This document shows, piece after piece, positions 59,001-64,000 of a stretch of DNA of 64,000 nucleotides (positions are counted from its first letter, which is position 1; each line of letters starts with the position of its first letter). The notes under the pieces are model-generated. The model saw only the letters and a program-made list of their open reading frames with translations. It ran no database searches and was not told the DNA's origin. Position numbers and translations under genes: made by a program. Source of the stretch: Eledone cirrhosa (lineage: Eukaryota); NCBI GenBank assembly GCA_964016885.1, contig OZ024742.1:344472001-344536000 (forward strand), read 5' to 3'.

Positions 59001-62000
59001 TATACATACCATGCCATACACACAGATACACACCATGTCATACACACAGATACACACCATGCCATACACACAGATACACACCATGCCATACACACATATA
59101 TATACCATGGCATACACACAGATATATACCATGCCATACACACAGATACATACCATGCCATACACACAATACACACCATGTCATAAACACAGATACATAC
59201 CATGCCATACACACAGATACACACCATGCCATATGCACAGATACATACCATGCCATACACACAGATACATACCATGTCATACACACAGATACATACCATG
59301 CCATACACAGAGATACATACCATGTGATACACACAGATACATACCATGTCATACACAGAGATAATACCATGCCATACACACAGATACATAACATGCCATA
59401 CACACAGATACATACCATGCCATACACACAGATACACACAATGTCATACACACAGATACATACGATGCCATACACACAGATACATACCATGCCATACACA
59501 CAGATACACATCATGTCATACACACAGATGCACACCATGTCATACACACAGATACATACCATGCCATACACACAGATACACACCATGCCATATACACAGA
59601 TACATACCATGCCATACACACAGATACATACCATGTCATACGCACAGATACATACCATGCCATACACAGAGATACATACCATGCCATACACACAGATACA
59701 CACCATGTCATACACAGAGATACATACCATGCCATACACACAGATACATACCATGCCATACACACAGATAAATACCATGGCATACACACAGATACACATC
59801 ATGCCATACACACAGATACACACCATGCCATACATACAGATACAGACCATGCCAAACACACAGATAAACACCATGCCATACACACGTATATATACCATGC
59901 CCTACACACAGATACATACCATGCCATACACACAATACACATCATGCCATACACACAGATACACACCATGCCATACACACAGATACACACCATGCCATAC
60001 ACACAGATACATACCATCTCATACACACATATACATACCATGCCATACACACATATACACACAATGGCATACACACAGATACATATCATGCCATACACAC
60101 AGATACACACCATGCCCTACACACAGATATATACCATGCCATACACACAAATACATACCATGCCTTACACACAATACACACCATGTCATACACACAGATA
60201 CACACCATGTCATACACACAGATACACACCATGCCATACACACAGATACATACCATGCCAAACACACAGATAAACACCATGCCATACACACAGATATATA
60301 CCATGCCATACACACAATACACACCATGTCATACACACAGATACACACCATGCCATACACACAGATACACATCATGGCATACATACATATACACACCATG
60401 CCATACACACAGCTACACATCATGCCATACACACAATACACACCATGTCATACACACAGATACATACCATGCCATACACACCATGTCATACACACAGATA
60501 CACACCATGCCATACACACAGATACACATCATGGCATACACACAGATACACACCATGCCATACACACAAATACACACCATGTCATACACACAGATACCCA
60601 CCATGTCATACACACAGATACACACCATGCCATACACACAGATACACACCATGCCATACACACAGATACACACCATGCCATACACACAGATACATACCAT
60701 GCCATACACACAGATACATAACATGCCATACACACAGATACACACCATGCCATACACACAGATACATACCATGTCATACACACAGATACACACCATGCCA
60801 TATGCACAGATACATACCATGCCATACGCACAGATACATACCATGCCATACACACATATATATACCATGCCCTACACACAGATACATACCATGCCATACA
60901 CACAATACACACCATGCCATACACACAGATACACACCATGCCATACGCACAGATACATACCATGCCATACACACAGCTACACACCATGCCATACACACAG
61001 ATACATACCATGCCATACACACAGATACATACCATGCCATACACACAGATACACACCATGTCATAAACCCATATACACACCATGCCATGCACACAGATAC
61101 ATACCATGCCATGCACACAGATACATACCATGCCATACACACAGATACACACCATGTCATACACACAGATACATACCATGCCATACACACAGATACAGAC
61201 CATGCCATACACACAGATACACATCATGCCATACGCACAGATACATACCATGCCATACACACAGATACACACCATGCCATACACACAGATACACACCATG
61301 CCATACACACATATATATACCATGCCCTACACACAGATACATACCATGCCATACACACAATACACCCCATGCCATACACAGAGATACACACCATGCAATA
61401 CACACAGATACACACCATGCCATACACACAGATACACAGCATGCCATACGCACAGATACATACCATGCCATACACACAGATACATACCATGCCATACACA
61501 CAGATACACACCATGCCATACACACAGATACATACCATGCCATACACACAGATACACACCATGTCATACGCACAGATACATACCATGCCAAACTCACAGA
61601 TAAACACCATGCCATACACACAGATATATACCATATCATACACACAGATACACACCATGCCATACACACAGATACACACCATGTCATACACACAGATACA
61701 TACCATGCCAAACTTACAGATAAACACCATGCCATACACACAGATATATACCATGCCATACACACAGATACACACCACGTCATACACAGAGATAAATACC
61801 ATGCCATACACACAGATACATACCATGGCATACACACAGATACATACCATGGCATACACACAGATACACACCTTGGCATACATACAGATACACACATGCC
61901 ATACACACAACAATACACACCATGTCATACACACATATACACAGCATGCCGTACACACAGATACATACCATGTCATACACACAGATACACACCATGCCAT

Positions 62001-64000
62001 ACACACAGATACATACCATGCCATACACACATATACATACCATACCATACACACAGATACACACCATGCCGTACACACAGATACATAGCATGGCATACAC
62101 ACAGATACATACCATGCCATACACACAGATACATACCATGCCATACACACATATACATACCATGGCATACACAGAGATATATACCATGCCATACACACAG
62201 ATACATACCATGGCATACACACAGATACATACCATGCATTACACACAGATACACACCATGGCATACACACAGATACACACCTTGGCATACATACAGATAC
62301 ACACATGCCATACACACAACAATACACACCATGTCATACACACAGATACACACCATGCCGTACACACAGATACATACCATGGCATACACACAGATATATA
62401 CCATGCCATACACACAGATACATACTATGTCATACACACAGATACATACCACGCCATACACAGAGATACATACCCTGCCATACACACAGATACACACCAT
62501 GTCATACACAGAGATACATACCATGCCATACACACAGATACATAACATGCCATACACACAGATACATACCATGCCATACACACAGATACACACCATGTCA
62601 TACACACAGATACACACCATGCCATATGCACAGATACATACCATGCCATACGCACAGATACATACCATGCCATACACACATATATATACCATGCCCTACA
62701 CAGATACATACCATGTCATACACACAATACACACCATGCCATACACACAGATACACACCATGCCATACGCACAGATACATACCATGCCATACACACAGCT
62801 ACACACCATGCCATACACACAGATACATACCATGCCAAACACACAGATACATACCATGCCATACACACAATACACACCGTGCCATACACACAGATACACA
62901 ACATGCCATACGCACAGATACATACCATGTCATACACACAGAAACATACCATGCCATACACACAGATACACACCATGCCATACACACAGATACATACCAT
63001 GCCATACACACAGATACACACCATGCCATACGCACAGATACATACCATGCCAAACTCACAGATAAACACCATGCCATACACACAGATATATACCATGTCA
63101 TACACACAGATACACACCATGCCATACACACAGATACACACCATGTCATACACACAGATACATACCATGCCAAACTCACAGATAAACACCATGCCATACA
63201 CACAGATATATACCATGTCATACACACAGATACACACCATGCCATACACACAGATACACACCATGTCATACACACAGATACATACCATGCCAAACTTACA
63301 GATAAACACCATGCCATACACACAGATATATACCATGCCATACACATAGATACACACCATGTCATACACAGAGATACATACCATGCCATACACACAGATA
63401 CATACCATGGCATACACACAGATACATACCATGGCATACACACAGATACACACCATGGCATACACACAGATAAACACCATGCCATACACACAACAATACA
63501 CACCATGTCATACACTCAGATACACACCATGCCGTACACACAGATACATACCATGGCATACACACAGATACATACCATGCCATACACACAGATACATACC
63601 ATGTCATACACACAGATACATACCATGGCATACACACAGATATATACCATGCCATACACACAGATACATACCATGGCATACACACAGATACATACCATGC
63701 ATTACACACATATACACACCATGGCATACACACAGATACATACCATACCATACACACAGATACACACCATGCCATACACACAGATACACACCATGCCATA
63801 CACACAGATACATACCATGTCATACACACAGATACATACCATGCCATACACACAGATACATACCATGCCATACACACAGATACACACCATGGCATACACA
63901 CAGATACACATCATGCCATACACACAGATACATACCATACCATACACACAGATACACACCATGCCATACACACAGATACACACCATGCCATACACACAGA
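41095..64000. repeat. 24-bp satellite CCATGCCATACACACAGATACA(C/T)A, >22.9 kb (runs off the window), with higher-order repeats
   Basis: Continuous array of roughly 950 units. Near-identical variant blocks recur at offsets of 431, 4725 and 5684 bp. Confidence 0.98.

Noticed and set aside
41152-63995. Long ORFs up to 960 aa (MPYTQIHT / HAIHTDTH / PCHTHRYT repeats)
   Set aside because: Translation of a stop-poor 24-bp satellite, open in most frames on both strands, with no evidence of coding.
41095-64000. CRISPR-like array
   Set aside because: Head-to-tail repeats with no unique spacers, no cas genes and a eukaryotic context.

Overview
Eukaryotic, repeat-saturated DNA with no recognisable host gene. 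The repeat landscape resembles a coleoid cephalopod such as octopus (inference only). Bases 1-40500 are a mosaic of decayed retroelements set in (TA)n/(TATACA)n microsatellites. These include a near full-length Tx1/L1 LINE, a second Tx1 3' end, CRE, CR1 and RTE LINE fragments, Penelope-like elements (PLEs), SINEs and a small Helitron. Bases ~41100-64000 are a 24-bp satellite with kilobase-scale higher-order repeats. The main signal is invisible to the ORF track: about 20 type I hammerhead ribozyme (HHR) motifs, intact or decayed and from many unrelated families, lie between 7 and 39 kb. Most sit in small islands between (TA)n tracts, and most have a palindromic stem III. Several have variant cores (UUGAUAA, CCGAAGA) or a mismatched base of stem II. 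Carriers include ~410 and ~460 bp terminally redundant retrozyme-like units and a PLE (RT C-terminus plus GIY-YIG) flanked by 1.69-kb inverted arms that each end in an HHR. Back-to-back inverted insertions recur at several scales. All motif and structure calls were made by eye and need computational and biochemical confirmation.
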